Source: an uncultured Clostridia bacterium
GTDB lineage: Bacteria > Bacillota > Clostridia > TANB77 > CAG-508
DNA: 64,000 nt
Assembly: GCA_949443285.1 (NCBI GenBank)
Contig: CASSLW010000001.1
Span: 137,093-201,092 of the forward strand
Direction: 5' to 3'
The notes beneath the pieces are model-generated. The model was not told the origin of the DNA. It did no database searches and worked only from the letters and a program-made list of their open reading frames with translations. Shown piece after piece: positions 19,143-29,808 of the stretch. Within the stretch, counting starts at the first letter, position 1; every line of letters starts with the position of its first letter. The position numbers were made by a program, and so were the translations under genes.

Positions 19143-20441
19143 TCATATCAAAAACTTTTTTATTTTATTAACAACTGTACTATATGTATATAAACTTCCT
19201 ATCACAAAATTCACAGTATCATCATCTGTATTTAAAGCATCTTGCAGCGCCACATCTAATTCTTTCCTATAAATTCTATCACTGTTTACAAATTCTTTCA
19301 TGCAATCATATAGCTCATCTTTTGATGCATATCTATCACTATCATTCCCTGATGTCATAACAAATATGGCATTTTCATCTTTAGCTAGTAGCTTTAGCAT
19401 TCTTCTGTAATCTTTTCTTTTCAAAATTGATATAATATACACTCTTTTTAATTTAGGATAATATATATCAACCATATCTAATAAGTTCCTTATTGCTGGA
19501 TCGTTATGAGCCCCATCGTAAATAATTTTTGGGTTATTACTCAATTGTTCCATTCTTCCTTTATGAATAACTGTTTTTAGTCCTTCTAATATATTTTTCT
19601 CGTTTACTTTATATCCTAGTTTGTTTAATATATTAATCACTTCTATACATATACTTGCATTTTGTATCTGCATTTTTCCCTTTAAATTTATACTTAAATT
19701 TTTTAAATCTTTATAGTTAAAATGTTGAAATTCCTCGTCAAAACTATAATTTGATATATCTGAATTGTTTACAATATGTAAATTGTTATTTTTCTTTTTA
19801 CATTCATTTATAAACACTTCATTTATATCCGCTTCTTGTTCAAATATCACAGTATGAGAATTTTCTTTTATAATTCCTGCTTTTTGATGCGCTATCTCTG
19901 TTAAAGTATCTCCTAAAATCTTTGTATGGTCATACCCTATTGACGTAATTACAGACACTACTGGATTTGTTATAATATTTGTGCAATCATCTAATCCCCC
20001 AAGCACTGTTTCTAATACAACAAAATCTACACTGTTTCTATAAAAATATAATAATGCCATCGTTGTAATTAATTCAAATACTGTAACCTTTGTATTTTGA
20101 GAATGGTTGTATTCTTCTATTAGTGGTTGCAATTCTTCTATTATATCTGACATTTCTTCATCGGATATTTCTTTTCCATTTATGCTTATTCTTTCATTAT
20201 ATTTAATTAAGTGTGGAGATAAAAATTTTCCTACTTTATATCCTTGTTTTTCTAATATATTAGCTATAATTTCTGTGCAGCTTCCTTTTCCATTTGTTCC
20301 TGCTATATGAATGAATTTCATTTCTTTTTCGAAGTGCTGAAATTTATTCATAAAATATTGCATTGCTTTTAGTGTTCGTTTTTTATTTGCTTTAAATAAG
20401 TTATTTAAATATTCTTCTACATCTATCATTGTTTTCTCCAT
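19143..20441 (-). CDS. folC: Bifunctional folylpolyglutamate synthase/dihydrofolate synthase
   Basis: HIAGTNGKGS P-loop and Mur-ligase-fold motifs. 432 aa. Confidence 0.8.
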   Translation of the reverse strand: MEKTMIDVEEYLNNLFKANKKRTLKAMQYFMNKFQHFEKEMKFIHIAGTNGKGSCTEIIANILEKQGYKVGKFLSPHLIKYNERISINGKEISDEEMSDIIEELQPLIEEYNHSQNTKVTVFELITTMALLYFYRNSVDFVVLETVLGGLDDCTNIITNPVVSVITSIGYDHTKILGDTLTEIAHQKAGIIKENSHTVIFEQEADINEVFINECKKKNNNLHIVNNSDISNYSFDEEFQHFNYKDLKNLSINLKGKMQIQNASICIEVINILNKLGYKVNEKNILEGLKTVIHKGRMEQLSNNPKIIYDGAHNDPAIRNLLDMVDIYYPKLKRVYIISILKRKDYRRMLKLLAKDENAIFVMTSGNDSDRYASKDELYDCMKEFVNSDRIYRKELDVALQDALNTDDDTVNFVIGSLYTYSTVVNKIKKFLI

Positions 20442-20632
20442 TTTCTATTTTAACTTTGTTAATTTGTATTTTCAAGTATCAAAAGTGTATTCTCCTATCT
20501 ACAAAATATTTTACCATAGTTATTATCTTATTAGCAAGTATAAAAATGTAATTTAGAGAACAAATGTGTTGCTTTTTACAAGAAAATATAGTATTATTTT
20601 AATAAATTAATATGATATTAGGAGGTATTACT

Positions 20633-20878
20633 TTGAATATATATTCTAAAAATATTTATGAAATAACAGAAAACGGTAATAAAAAACATATCCTTATCAT
20701 TTATAACATTTCAGAAAATCACTATGTGGGGTTATCTATTCATAATACAAAAATCTCCGACTTTAAATACTTAAAATCCATAGATAGATTTGTTGATATA
20801 GACAGTTTGCAAGAATATAGTCGAAAAAATATTAAACGGATTAGTATATGTAAAAGGTACTTTTTTAAAATTAAATGA
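20633..20878 (+). CDS. Hypothetical small protein immediately upstream of a PemK-like toxin (candidate non-canonical antitoxin)
   Basis: Start assigned to TTG at 20633 after RBS AGGAGG. The track ORF begins at 20612. There is no AbrB/MazE, RHH or Phd fold signature. Confidence 0.35.
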   Translation: MNIYSKNIYEITENGNKKHILIIYNISENHYVGLSIHNTKISDFKYLKSIDRFVDIDSLQEYSRKNIKRISICKRYFFKIK

Positions 20879-20897
20879 TGCAGACTTTAATTTAACG

Positions 20898-21368
20898 ATG
20901 AAGTATTTAAAAAATTCTTTATTAAAAAAATTAAATATTAACACTGATTATAGAAATATTGAAAACATCAAATATTTAAAGTGGTGTTATGATAAGTTAA
21001 TATTGGAAACTACAAACAATAATATTTCTCACTTAAAACCTGGTTGCATTTGTTGGGTAAACTTTGGTCAAAATATTGGTTCTGAATTAAGGAAATTGAG
21101 ACCTGCCATTTTATGGCGCTGTTCAGCAGATAAAAAAATGTGGACAGTTATTCCATTAAGTAGTAAATGCTATAATGATAAGTACTACTTTCACTGCGAT
21201 ATTACTAATTTACCTTGCAGTACTGCCAAGTTAGAATCTATGACAAATTTTAGTTATAAAAGAATTAGAGAACCCTTTTTCCATAATAAGAAAATAGCTC
21301 ATTTATCAAAAAATGATTATAATAATATTCTTTTATCTCTTAAAAAATATTACATTTTTGACGCATAA
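20898..21368 (+). CDS. PemK/MazF-family endoribonuclease toxin-like protein with an N-terminal extension
   Basis: KPGCICWVNFGQNIGSELRKLRPAILW ... TVIPLSSK matches the MazF core pattern (RGDV..adl.P..GsEq.g.RPvlVI ... vvPiTs). Confidence 0.55.
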   Translation: MKYLKNSLLKKLNINTDYRNIENIKYLKWCYDKLILETTNNNISHLKPGCICWVNFGQNIGSELRKLRPAILWRCSADKKMWTVIPLSSKCYNDKYYFHCDITNLPCSTAKLESMTNFSYKRIREPFFHNKKIAHLSKNDYNNILLSLKKYYIFDA

Positions 21369-21381
21369 TATAATAAAATTA

Positions 21382-21410
21382 TTGACTATCTTCAAAAAAT
21401 GTTTTATAAT
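21382..21410 (+). promoter_or_regulatory. Sigma-A-type promoter (TTGACT-17-TATAAT)
   Basis: TTGACT at 21382-21387, a 17-nt spacer, TATAAT at 21405-21410. Confidence 0.45.
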
Positions 21411-21416
21411 GTAATT

Positions 21417-21494
21417 ACATTTAATTGTTGCACATCTTATGATGTGGAAGTTGTTCTTCGGAGATTAGGTTTAAACCTAATCTCTGCTTTTTTG
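21417..21494 (+). ncRNA. Candidate ~78-nt small RNA (promoter to terminator unit)
   Basis: The predicted TSS is ~7 nt after the -10. The transcript has an internal hairpin CACATC-ttat-GATGTG and ends at an intrinsic terminator. No ORF is present. Confidence 0.35.
21459..21494 (+). terminator. Rho-independent terminator
   Basis: GGAGATTAGGTTT-AAACCTAATCTC followed by TGCTTTTTTG. Confidence 0.6.
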
Positions 21495-21648
21495 TAATAA
21501 TCCAATTATTATTTGCATATAATATAAATACATTTAATGTTACACATTTAAATGTGAAAAATTCGTTTATAAACGCTTGAAATCTCTCTTATATTAAGAG
21601 AGATTTCGCATTTTATATCAAAATTTTCTAAAAATTACAAACAAACAT

Positions 21649-21676
21649 TTGACAAATTTATTTTTTATGATATAAT
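21649..21676 (+). promoter_or_regulatory. Sigma-A-type promoter (TTGACA-16-TATAAT) for the radical SAM DNA-repair gene
   Basis: TTGACA at 21649-21654 and TATAAT at 21671-21676. It is preceded by two perfect palindromes, CACATTTAAATGTG (~21526) and GAAATCTCTCTTA-TAT-TAAGAGAGATTTC (21578-21608), that may be operators. Confidence 0.5.
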
Positions 21677-21719
21677 AAGCACAAATGTTCGATTAATGAA
21701 TAAAAAGGGAAAATAAAAA

Positions 21720-23018
21720 ATGGATACTTTAGAAAAACTACAAATACTAGCTGATTCAGCCAAATACGACGCTTCATGCAGTTCAAGTGGAAGCACAAGA
21801 GCAAACAAAAACAACGGAATAGGAAATGGAAGCAAAGCAGGAATATGCCATAGTTGGGGTGCAGATGGAAGATGTATATCATTACTAAAAATACTATTTA
21901 GTAACTGCTGTATATATGACTGCAAATACTGTATAAACAGATGTACAAACTCTGTAAAAAGAGCCACCTTTACCCCACAAGAAGTAGCAGACTTAACAAT
22001 CAACTTTTACAAAAGAAATTATATAGAAGGTTTATTTCTAAGCTCTGCTGTTGTAAAATCTCCTGACTACACAATGGAACTTTTGGTTAAAACTGTTTCT
22101 ATTTTAAGGAATGAATACAAATTTAATGGATACATTCATTGTAAAACCATACCTGGATGCAGCAAAGAATTAATAGATAAACTTGGAAATTTAGTAGATA
22201 GATTAAGCATAAACATCGAATTGCCTTCAAGTACTAGTCTAAAATTGCTTGCACCACAAAAAGAAAAAGACGGAATATTAGACCCTATGACTTATGTATC
22301 TAATGGTATTAAGCAAAACAAACTAGAAAAAAGTAAATTTAAGCCTAGTTTTGTTCCTGCTGGGCAAACAACTCAATTAATAGTTGGTGCAACACCTGAA
22401 AGTGATTTGAAAATATTAAAACTTTCTGAAGGGTTATATCAAAAATTAAAGTTAAAAAGAGTTTACTATTCTGCATACATAAGCGTAAATAACGACAAAA
22501 ATTTACCTACTTTAGAAGCCCCACCTCTACTTCGTGAAAATAGATTATATCAAGCAGACTGGTTACTTCGATTTTACGGCTTCAAAGCAGATGAACTATT
22601 AGATGAAACACACCAAAACTTTAACCATATATTAGATCCAAAGTGTGATTGGGCTTTACGAAATCTTGATAAATTTCCTATTGAAATAAACACAGCTGAT
22701 TATTTTACTCTACTTAGAATACCTGGTATTGGCGTAATTTCAGCAAAGAAAATAATTAAGGCAAGGCGTTCTTTTGCTTTAGATTTTGAAGCTCTAAAAG
22801 GCCTTGGAGTAGTGTTGAAAAGAGCTAAATATTTTATAACTTGTAAAGGGAAATATTGTAACCAAGTATATAAATTTAATCAAAACTTCATAGAAACAAA
22901 CTTAATATACCAAGAGCGAAACTCCCTACCTCGCCCAAATTTTCAGCAACTGTCAATCTTTGATAGTCTGCAACCTACAAAGGAGGATAAAATAAAATGC
23001 CTAACTGGAAGCTTATAA
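21720..23018 (+). CDS. Putative DNA modification/repair radical SAM protein (TIGR03916-like)
   Basis: 432 aa with a Cys-rich N-terminus (CSSSGS...CHSWG...CCIYDCKYC) and a C-terminal HhH-like region (LLRIPGIGVISAKKIIKARR). It forms a conserved pair with the following gene. Confidence 0.65.
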   Translation: MDTLEKLQILADSAKYDASCSSSGSTRANKNNGIGNGSKAGICHSWGADGRCISLLKILFSNCCIYDCKYCINRCTNSVKRATFTPQEVADLTINFYKRNYIEGLFLSSAVVKSPDYTMELLVKTVSILRNEYKFNGYIHCKTIPGCSKELIDKLGNLVDRLSINIELPSSTSLKLLAPQKEKDGILDPMTYVSNGIKQNKLEKSKFKPSFVPAGQTTQLIVGATPESDLKILKLSEGLYQKLKLKRVYYSAYISVNNDKNLPTLEAPPLLRENRLYQADWLLRFYGFKADELLDETHQNFNHILDPKCDWALRNLDKFPIEINTADYFTLLRIPGIGVISAKKIIKARRSFALDFEALKGLGVVLKRAKYFITCKGKYCNQVYKFNQNFIETNLIYQERNSLPRPNFQQLSIFDSLQPTKEDKIKCLTGSL

Positions 23019-23755
23019 ATAAAACATTTTTATATGATGGCACATTTGATGGATTTTTAACAATTGTTTTTGATTGCTATTCAAACAAAACTTTACCACA
23101 AAAAATATTTTCAGAAGCGGAATACACTTTTAATTTTTTAGACCATACCACTTACATAGAAACAGATTTTGAAAAGTCAAAAAGAGTATTTAATGGAATT
23201 GAAAAAAGCATTAGTTATACAACTCTTTACAACACTTACTATGCCTTTCTTTCCGACGAACCTGAAAAAGAAATATTTATATTAAAATATTTGTGTAATG
23301 GTTTTGATATTGGTCCAAAAATCAACAATATGCTTACTGTCTCTTATGTTTTTAAAGTAATGAATATGAAAAAAAGATGTTTTGGGGAATGTCATAGATT
23401 AAAAGGGTTATTGCGCTTTCAGGAAATTGGTAATAATTTGTATTATGCTTCTATTCATCCTGATAACAATATTATAGAACCACTAGGTCATCATTTTATT
23501 AGTCGCTTACCAAACCAGAACTTTATTATACACGACAAAATACGAGATTTATGTTTATTATATAATGGCAATGAATATAGAATAATTGATAGCAAAAATA
23601 TAAAAATTCCTAATATTTCTTACGAAGAACAAAAATATCAAGAATTGTGGAAACTATTTTTCAAAACAATTGCTATAAAAGAACGAAAAAATGCTAGATG
23701 TCAAATGCAGTATATGCCTAAAAAGTATTGGCAAGACTTAATTGAAAATCCATAG
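22997..23755 (+). CDS. DUF4130-like probable DNA metabolism protein (TIGR03915-like partner)
   Basis: 252 aa, overlaps the previous gene by 22 nt. This is the known conserved two-gene arrangement. Confidence 0.6.
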   Translation: MPNWKLINKTFLYDGTFDGFLTIVFDCYSNKTLPQKIFSEAEYTFNFLDHTTYIETDFEKSKRVFNGIEKSISYTTLYNTYYAFLSDEPEKEIFILKYLCNGFDIGPKINNMLTVSYVFKVMNMKKRCFGECHRLKGLLRFQEIGNNLYYASIHPDNNIIEPLGHHFISRLPNQNFIIHDKIRDLCLLYNGNEYRIIDSKNIKIPNISYEEQKYQELWKLFFKTIAIKERKNARCQMQYMPKKYWQDLIENP

Positions 23756-23826
23756 AACACAAAACCTAGTATATTTGATTTACTCAAAAATACTAGGTCT
23801 CGCCAAACAGCATATCCTGCTATTCT

Positions 23827-24549
23827 CTATTTAAAATTAACTATTACTTCTCCTATACCTGCTTCAATTTTGATTAAAGCATTTCCATTACCAAATGTTT
23901 GATGGTTAGAAACCTTTTGTCCTGCTATTTCAAAATTACCTAATCCTGCTTCTGCATTTATTCTGTAATCTTCTTGTTCTCCAACTAAGTTCAACTCAAG
24001 CTTTCCTACACCACATTCAATATCTGCATTTTTTAGAACTTCACTTGTCAACACTACCTTGCCAACACCCATATCAACATCAAGTTTTTCTGTTTTTAGA
24101 TACTCAATATTTGTATCATTAACACCTGTGTCTATGCTAACTTTATCAAATTGCATATTTTCTGGTACATAAATCACAACAGTTGGTGTTATATTATGCA
24201 TATTTAAGAAGTTTCTATTTAAATGTTTATCTTCAATTTTTAGTTTGCTACCATTTGTTTCACATCTAAATCTATCAGAAATATCAGAAACATTTACTTT
24301 TAATGTATCTCCTTTTCTTATATCAAGCTTACATATACTTAAATCTATATCCATTTCAGATATATTAGCATATTCCTGTTCCCAAGCTGTTATTATTTCT
24401 GAGCTACTTCCTTCCTCAAGTGCTTCTATACCTGTTGTAATTCCAATCATAGCCGTAATTCCAACAATTATGCCTGTTAAAATCATTAAACATAAATATC
24501 CTGCAAATATTAATGCTCCATATTTTACTATTTTTTGAAATGTTGTCAT
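23827..24549 (-). CDS. DUF4097-like beta-repeat putative adhesin (LiaG-like)
   Basis: N-terminal TM segment and repeated beta-strand units (VGKVVLTS..., CGVGKLELNL..., AGLGNFEIAG...). Confidence 0.55.
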   Translation of the reverse strand: MTTFQKIVKYGALIFAGYLCLMILTGIIVGITAMIGITTGIEALEEGSSSEIITAWEQEYANISEMDIDLSICKLDIRKGDTLKVNVSDISDRFRCETNGSKLKIEDKHLNRNFLNMHNITPTVVIYVPENMQFDKVSIDTGVNDTNIEYLKTEKLDVDMGVGKVVLTSEVLKNADIECGVGKLELNLVGEQEDYRINAEAGLGNFEIAGQKVSNHQTFGNGNALIKIEAGIGEVIVNFK

Positions 24550-25229
24550 TTTATTTCAACACCCCCAAATATAGCTGTTCCATTAATATATAGTGTTGGT
24601 AGATTTTCGCTATAAGTTGCTTGTGCCTTGTTGCTTACTCCTCCGAATATTGGTGTTGATTTTAATTTTATGTTCACACCTTCTGGCACTCTTATTTCAA
24701 CTCCACCAAATATTGCTGTTGCATTAATAATTTGGTCTTGCTTTATAATAGCTTTTGAAAGGTCTAAATCAACTCCCCCAAATACGGAATCTACATTTGC
24801 CCCATTAAATTCTTGTCCTGCAAAATTGCTTTTTTGCTCTCCAAATGTTGCACAAAGTTCTTCTAAGTTTCCTTTATTTTGATTTAATTCTTTTATTTTG
24901 TCTGCTACTTTTTTGTTTAAAGTGTCTTTAAATATAAGACTAATCCCTATCATTACAAGTATAAATGGTACTATTAACTTGCTAATCATTGAAAATGATA
25001 GTATGTTTTGTGTACATAGTAATAATACAATTCCAATTACTAGCCATATAAAACTCCACATCTTGCTATCGCTTCTAATTAATTCTATAAAGCTAGGTAT
25101 AATTATTATTAATGTCCACCATCCTCTGAAGAATATGTTAATATTAGTAATTCCTAATGCATTTAATCCAAAGATTACTCCTATTGCAATTAACAAAATT
25201 CCCCATAATAAGTTTCCAATTTTTTTCAT
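24546..25229 (-). CDS. LiaF-like cell-envelope stress membrane protein (DUF2154-type C-domain)
   Basis: N-terminal TM segments and C-terminal repeats IFGGVEIRVPEG / IFGGVSNK / IFGGVEIK. Start assigned to MKKIGNLL at 25229. Confidence 0.55.
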   Translation of the reverse strand: MKKIGNLLWGILLIAIGVIFGLNALGITNINIFFRGWWTLIIIIPSFIELIRSDSKMWSFIWLVIGIVLLLCTQNILSFSMISKLIVPFILVMIGISLIFKDTLNKKVADKIKELNQNKGNLEELCATFGEQKSNFAGQEFNGANVDSVFGGVDLDLSKAIIKQDQIINATAIFGGVEIRVPEGVNIKLKSTPIFGGVSNKAQATYSENLPTLYINGTAIFGGVEIK

Positions 25230-25394
25230 TGTTCCACATTCCCTTCTTTTTTTCTTCAATTCTATCACAACATTTTTTAATTTACAACTCTTATATCAAT
25301 TTTATTGTTTGGTTGTTTACTTAATTGTCGCTACTTGGCTTTTCTTTAAAAAGGGGAAACTCTGAAAAGGAGTACCAAATAGCAACAATTAAAA

Positions 25395-25757
25395 TTAATT
25401 ACTATTTTCTTGTTGTGTATAATTCACTTTCACTTTTTCAGGGAGTTCATTGTATTGTACTTCTTCCCATTTATGAACTCCAGTAGCTAATACTTCTAAC
25501 TTCAAGTAAGAAGTTTCTTTTAGCTCTCTACTTGTTTTAAATTGAATTTCTTTTTTGGCTCCTTTTTCATTGTAACAGTCTAAAGTGTATTGATATTTCA
25601 TCTCGTCTGTTGTTGATAGTTTTTTAATTTTAGTATTATCTATTTGAGTGTAATAATTTTCATCATAATTTTCTGCCCAATAAAATACTGCTCCACAAAT
25701 TACTATTGCAACAATAACTGCGAGTATCATTGGCATTTTCTCTTTTATAGCTTCCAT
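25395..25757 (-). CDS. YxeA-family small secreted/membrane protein (DUF1093)
   Basis: 120 aa with an N-terminal TM segment. It sits in the typical position next to a Bce-type ABC transporter. Confidence 0.5.
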   Translation of the reverse strand: MEAIKEKMPMILAVIVAIVICGAVFYWAENYDENYYTQIDNTKIKKLSTTDEMKYQYTLDCYNEKGAKKEIQFKTSRELKETSYLKLEVLATGVHKWEEVQYNELPEKVKVNYTQQENSN

Positions 25758-25760
25758 ATT

Positions 25761-27849
25761 CTATTTCTCCTTTATAATATTTTTACTTCCAAAATAAGTT
25801 GCTAAGAAATATGACCCATAAATTATTCCTATAATTATGACTGTTGCAACAATTGATGGTAATAAATCTTCTTTACTTGCTAAACCTGCCATTGTTTCAA
25901 GTGCAAATTGTATTCCAAAAATTGAATGTATAATCGCAAGTACCATAGGCAATCCGAAGAATATTCCTATCTGTCTAAACAATGACCTATTTATAATTTT
26001 TTCGTCACAACCTATTTTTCTTAAAATAGTATATCTTTGTTTGTTGTCTGAACTTTCTGTTAATTGTTTTAATGCTAATATTGCTGAACTTGCTATTAAG
26101 AAGATAATTCCCAAGTAAATTGCTATAAATGTTATTATTGTAGCAAGTCCTGTACTTGATTGTATTATAGATATTTTTGTCATGCCGTCAAGTTGAATTC
26201 CTTTTTCATTTAAGCTTTGTACAAAACATGAATCTCCACTTTCAAACATCTCTCGTATTTTTTCTTTTTCTTCATCTGTATTTGCATTGAAATTTGCTGC
26301 TAATAAGTACCTTTCTTTTTCATTTTCTTTTAATTCACAGTTATCAGGTACAAGAATAATCCCTGTGTTTGTGTGATTTGTTGACATTACGATAAATCCT
26401 TCTTTACATTCATTATATTTAGATTTATATTCTTTTCCTGCTATTGTTAGTTTATGTTTTCCATCACTTAATGCCATATTTCTAATCTGTTCCATATTGT
26501 CAAAATCACAAAGCACCATAAATTCGTCATCTTCTAGTTCGTATTGTTGTATTCCATATAGCCTTGCTATCTTATTATAATCTGATATCTTTACTATTTG
26601 TTCTGCTGTATTATAGCTTAACATTGCAAACTTAGCTTTTACCTCATCTATTTTATCTCCAAAAAACTTCTCCATAGTTATTTCATTTGTTGCATATAGT
26701 GGTATTTCTACAACATCTTTTAAATTATCCATATCAAATTTGTTGTTTATCATAGTTTCTTGTATTGATATTTTAGAATCTTCTCTTTGTTCCTTTGTAG
26801 TTGTTATAGTTCTGCCATATTGTGTATATGTTTCTGGCAAATTTGCTGTTTTATATAGATTTACATCAACTGGCGTCATATCAATTAAATCTTTTTGCAT
26901 TGTATTTCTTAGTGCTAAACTTGTTGAAAGTATAGAAATTGTCATAAATAGCATTAAACAAATAACACTCATACTAACTGTGTTTGTATTAATTTTGTTG
27001 TTCATTTGTCTTAGTACAAACATATTTGTATCTTTTAAATAAATCTTTTTATTCTTTTGAATTATTTGTAATATAAATCCTGATAAAGACCAGAAAATCA
27101 ATACTGTACTAACTATTCCCATCATAATAGGTGGTATAATTTTTTCTGCTCTATCTAGTGATTGTGCATCTGCTGTTACTTTCCAATAAGCATAACCTAA
27201 AATACTTGCACCTATAATAAATATTAAAATAGAAACAATAGGATTTTTTATTTTTACTTGCTCATTTTTCTTATTTGCATTTAATAGGTTTATCAATTTA
27301 TATCTTGAAACTGCTATTGTATTAAAAATTATAACTGCAAAATACATTACTGCAAAATATATACAAGTTTTTACACATGCATCTTTTGAAAATACAAATT
27401 GGAATTCACTCATATCTGCTTCAAACATTTTTGCCACTAATATTGACATAAATTGTGAAGCAAATATCCCTATTATAAGACCAACTGCAAGAGAAATTAC
27501 TCCTACAAAAATGGTTTCCATTAAAATTATTTTTGATATTTGCTTTCTTCCCATTCCTAAGGTCATATAAATTCCAAATTCTTTTTTCCTTCGGTTAATT
27601 AGGAAATTATTTGCATATACAATTAGTAATCCAAGTACAACAGCTACGAATACTGATACAAAACCAAGCGTTGTTATCATCAATTGTATAATTTCTCTTT
27701 GTGACCCGAGATACTTGTAGCATTGCTTGTTGGCTATCTAAAGAGTTGAACATATAAAAAATGCTAACTCCTAGTACTAATGTTAAAAAATATATGCTAT
27801 AATCTTTTATGCTTTTTTTCATATTATTGAAAGATAATTTAAATAACAT
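25761..27849 (-). pseudogene. BceB-type (FtsX-domain) ABC transporter permease, frame-disrupted near 27706
   Basis: The N-terminal 80-codon ORF reads MLFKLSFNNMKKSIKDYSIYFLTLVLGVSIFYMFNSLDSQQAMLQVS, then CGG. The body (640 aa) continues in the +1 frame as GSQREIIQLMITTLGFVS.... Removing the C in tct-C-ggg joins them. Confidence 0.75.
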
Positions 27850-28606
27850 CGTTCAAATCACCTCCAAGAAGTGTTTGAACTTCTATAATCTCTTCAAAGA
27901 ATTGTTTTCTTGTATCATTTCCTTTTACTATTTCATTAAATATTTTTCCGTCTTTGATAAATAGAATTCTTTTTGCATAAGAAGCGGTAAATGCGTCGTG
28001 TGTAACCATTAAAATTGTTGCATTTAGCTTTTGATTTAATAGTTCAAAATTCTCTAATAGCTGTCTAGCAGATTTACTGTCTAATGCACCTGTTGGTTCA
28101 TCTGCAAGAACAAGTTGCGGATTTGATATAATTGCCCTTGCTGATGCAATTCTTTGTTTTTGCCCACCAGATACTTGATATGGATATTTTTTTAATATAT
28201 CTTTAATACCTAATTTTTCAGCAATATCTTGAACTCTTCTATCAATTTCTTTTGCTGGCACTTTTTGAATTGTAAGTGCTATTGCAATATTTTCATAAGC
28301 TGTTAGTGTATCTAACAAATTAAAATCTTGAAATATAAATCCTAACTCTTCCCTTCTAAATTTGTTTAACTTGTTTCCTTTTAGTTTTGTTATATCTTCT
28401 CCATTAACCATTATGTGCCCAGCTGTTACTCTATCTATTGTTGATATACAATTTAAAAGTGTAGACTTTCCGCTTCCACTTGCTCCCATAATTCCTACGA
28501 ACTCACCTTTTTTAACATTAAAGCTAATATTGTCTATTGCTTTTGTTAAATTAGATTTATTTCCGTAGTATTTTTCAATATTTTTTACTTCTAAAACATT
28601 TTCCAT
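27839..28606 (-). CDS. ABC transporter ATP-binding protein (BceA-like)
   Basis: GASGSGKST, LSGGQKQR and LLLADEPTGALD motifs. Confidence 0.8.
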   Translation of the reverse strand: MENVLEVKNIEKYYGNKSNLTKAIDNISFNVKKGEFVGIMGASGSGKSTLLNCISTIDRVTAGHIMVNGEDITKLKGNKLNKFRREELGFIFQDFNLLDTLTAYENIAIALTIQKVPAKEIDRRVQDIAEKLGIKDILKKYPYQVSGGQKQRIASARAIISNPQLVLADEPTGALDSKSARQLLENFELLNQKLNATILMVTHDAFTASYAKRILFIKDGKIFNEIVKGNDTRKQFFEEIIEVQTLLGGDLNDVI

Positions 28607-28706
28607 TTTAAAACTCCTTTCTTTTCTATTTTAATTATAGCTACCTGTTTCTATTATTGCCATCGATTTAGCTTACACAACCTTACGATTTTGTAATAAA
28701 CAGATA

Positions 28707-28734
28707 TAGCAAAAAGAAGTAACAATTACTTCTT
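28707..28734 (-). terminator. Rho-independent terminator after the histidine kinase gene
   Basis: AAGAAGTAA-TTG-TTACTTCTT perfect hairpin followed by TTTTTGC on the minus strand. Confidence 0.4.
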
Positions 28735-28744
28735 TCTTTCCTTT

Positions 28745-29764
28745 TTAATTCAACTCTATAAAACTATTTTGTGGAAAAATCAAACTAACTTCTGTTCCAA
28801 TCCCCTCTTCTGATTTTATATCAATTGATATTCCCAATTTGTTACATAGCTTTTTGCACAAATACAAACCAATTCCAGTAGACTTTTTATTAGAATATCT
28901 ACCATTAGTACCTGTAAATCCCTTTTCAAAAACTTTCTCAACTTCACTTTTCTTTATTCCAATTCCATTATCTTTTATATGTAAAATTGTACTTTCTTTA
29001 TGTTTTGTTGCATAAATCTCAACTTTCAAACACTCATCTTTTTTCTTATATTTCACACTATTTTGTATAAGTTGATTTAAAATAAAAACAATCCATTTAC
29101 TATCTGTACTAATTTTATTATCTATATCATGTATATCTATAACTGCCTTTTCAGTAATCAAAGTATTTTTATTCTTCTTTATACTTTCATTAACAATATC
29201 TTTAAGACTAATCTTTTTAATGTAATAATCTTTTTCTACTGTATTACTCCTTGCATAAAACAAAGCCTGCTCTACATAGTTTTCAACTTTGTCCAACTCT
29301 TCATCTATATTCTCCATTATAGAAGACTTATTATTTTCAATTATCATCTTACTTGTAGCAATTGGAAGTTTTATTTCATGAATCCATAACTCAATATATT
29401 CCTTATAATCCTCTTGAAGATATTTATATTTATTAACGTTCTCAATCATAGATTTATTAATTTGTACCAAATTATCATACGAAATCTTGCCTTCTACAAA
29501 GTTTGGCCTTTTAATAATCTCAGTAATCAAATACTTGTCTTCTAACTCTTTTAAAGTATCCTCAAATTTAGAGTAATAACTTCTTTTAATAAAATATTCA
29601 ATTAAAATTCCAATAAAATATAACCCTATAATCACTGTTGGAATATAGAATTTCACAAAACTTCCAAATGAATATATCAATAAGAAAATCTCTATTGTAA
29701 TTAATCCAAACAATAACAAAAATATTGTAGGCAACTTATCTTTTATAAAATCTTTAAACTTCAT
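28745..29764 (-). CDS. Sensor histidine kinase (BceS-like, intramembrane-sensing)
   Basis: Two N-terminal TM segments, the HisKA H-box HEIKLPIAT, and HATPase_c GIGLYLCKKL. ATG (MKFKDF) at 29764 with RBS AAAGGAG. Confidence 0.75.
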   Translation of the reverse strand: MKFKDFIKDKLPTIFLLLFGLITIEIFLLIYSFGSFVKFYIPTVIIGLYFIGILIEYFIKRSYYSKFEDTLKELEDKYLITEIIKRPNFVEGKISYDNLVQINKSMIENVNKYKYLQEDYKEYIELWIHEIKLPIATSKMIIENNKSSIMENIDEELDKVENYVEQALFYARSNTVEKDYYIKKISLKDIVNESIKKNKNTLITEKAVIDIHDIDNKISTDSKWIVFILNQLIQNSVKYKKKDECLKVEIYATKHKESTILHIKDNGIGIKKSEVEKVFEKGFTGTNGRYSNKKSTGIGLYLCKKLCNKLGISIDIKSEEGIGTEVSLIFPQNSFIELN

Positions 29765-29808
29765 CTTCAATCTCCTTTCGGTGTTTTTTGGGACAGACCT
29801 AAAATGCA

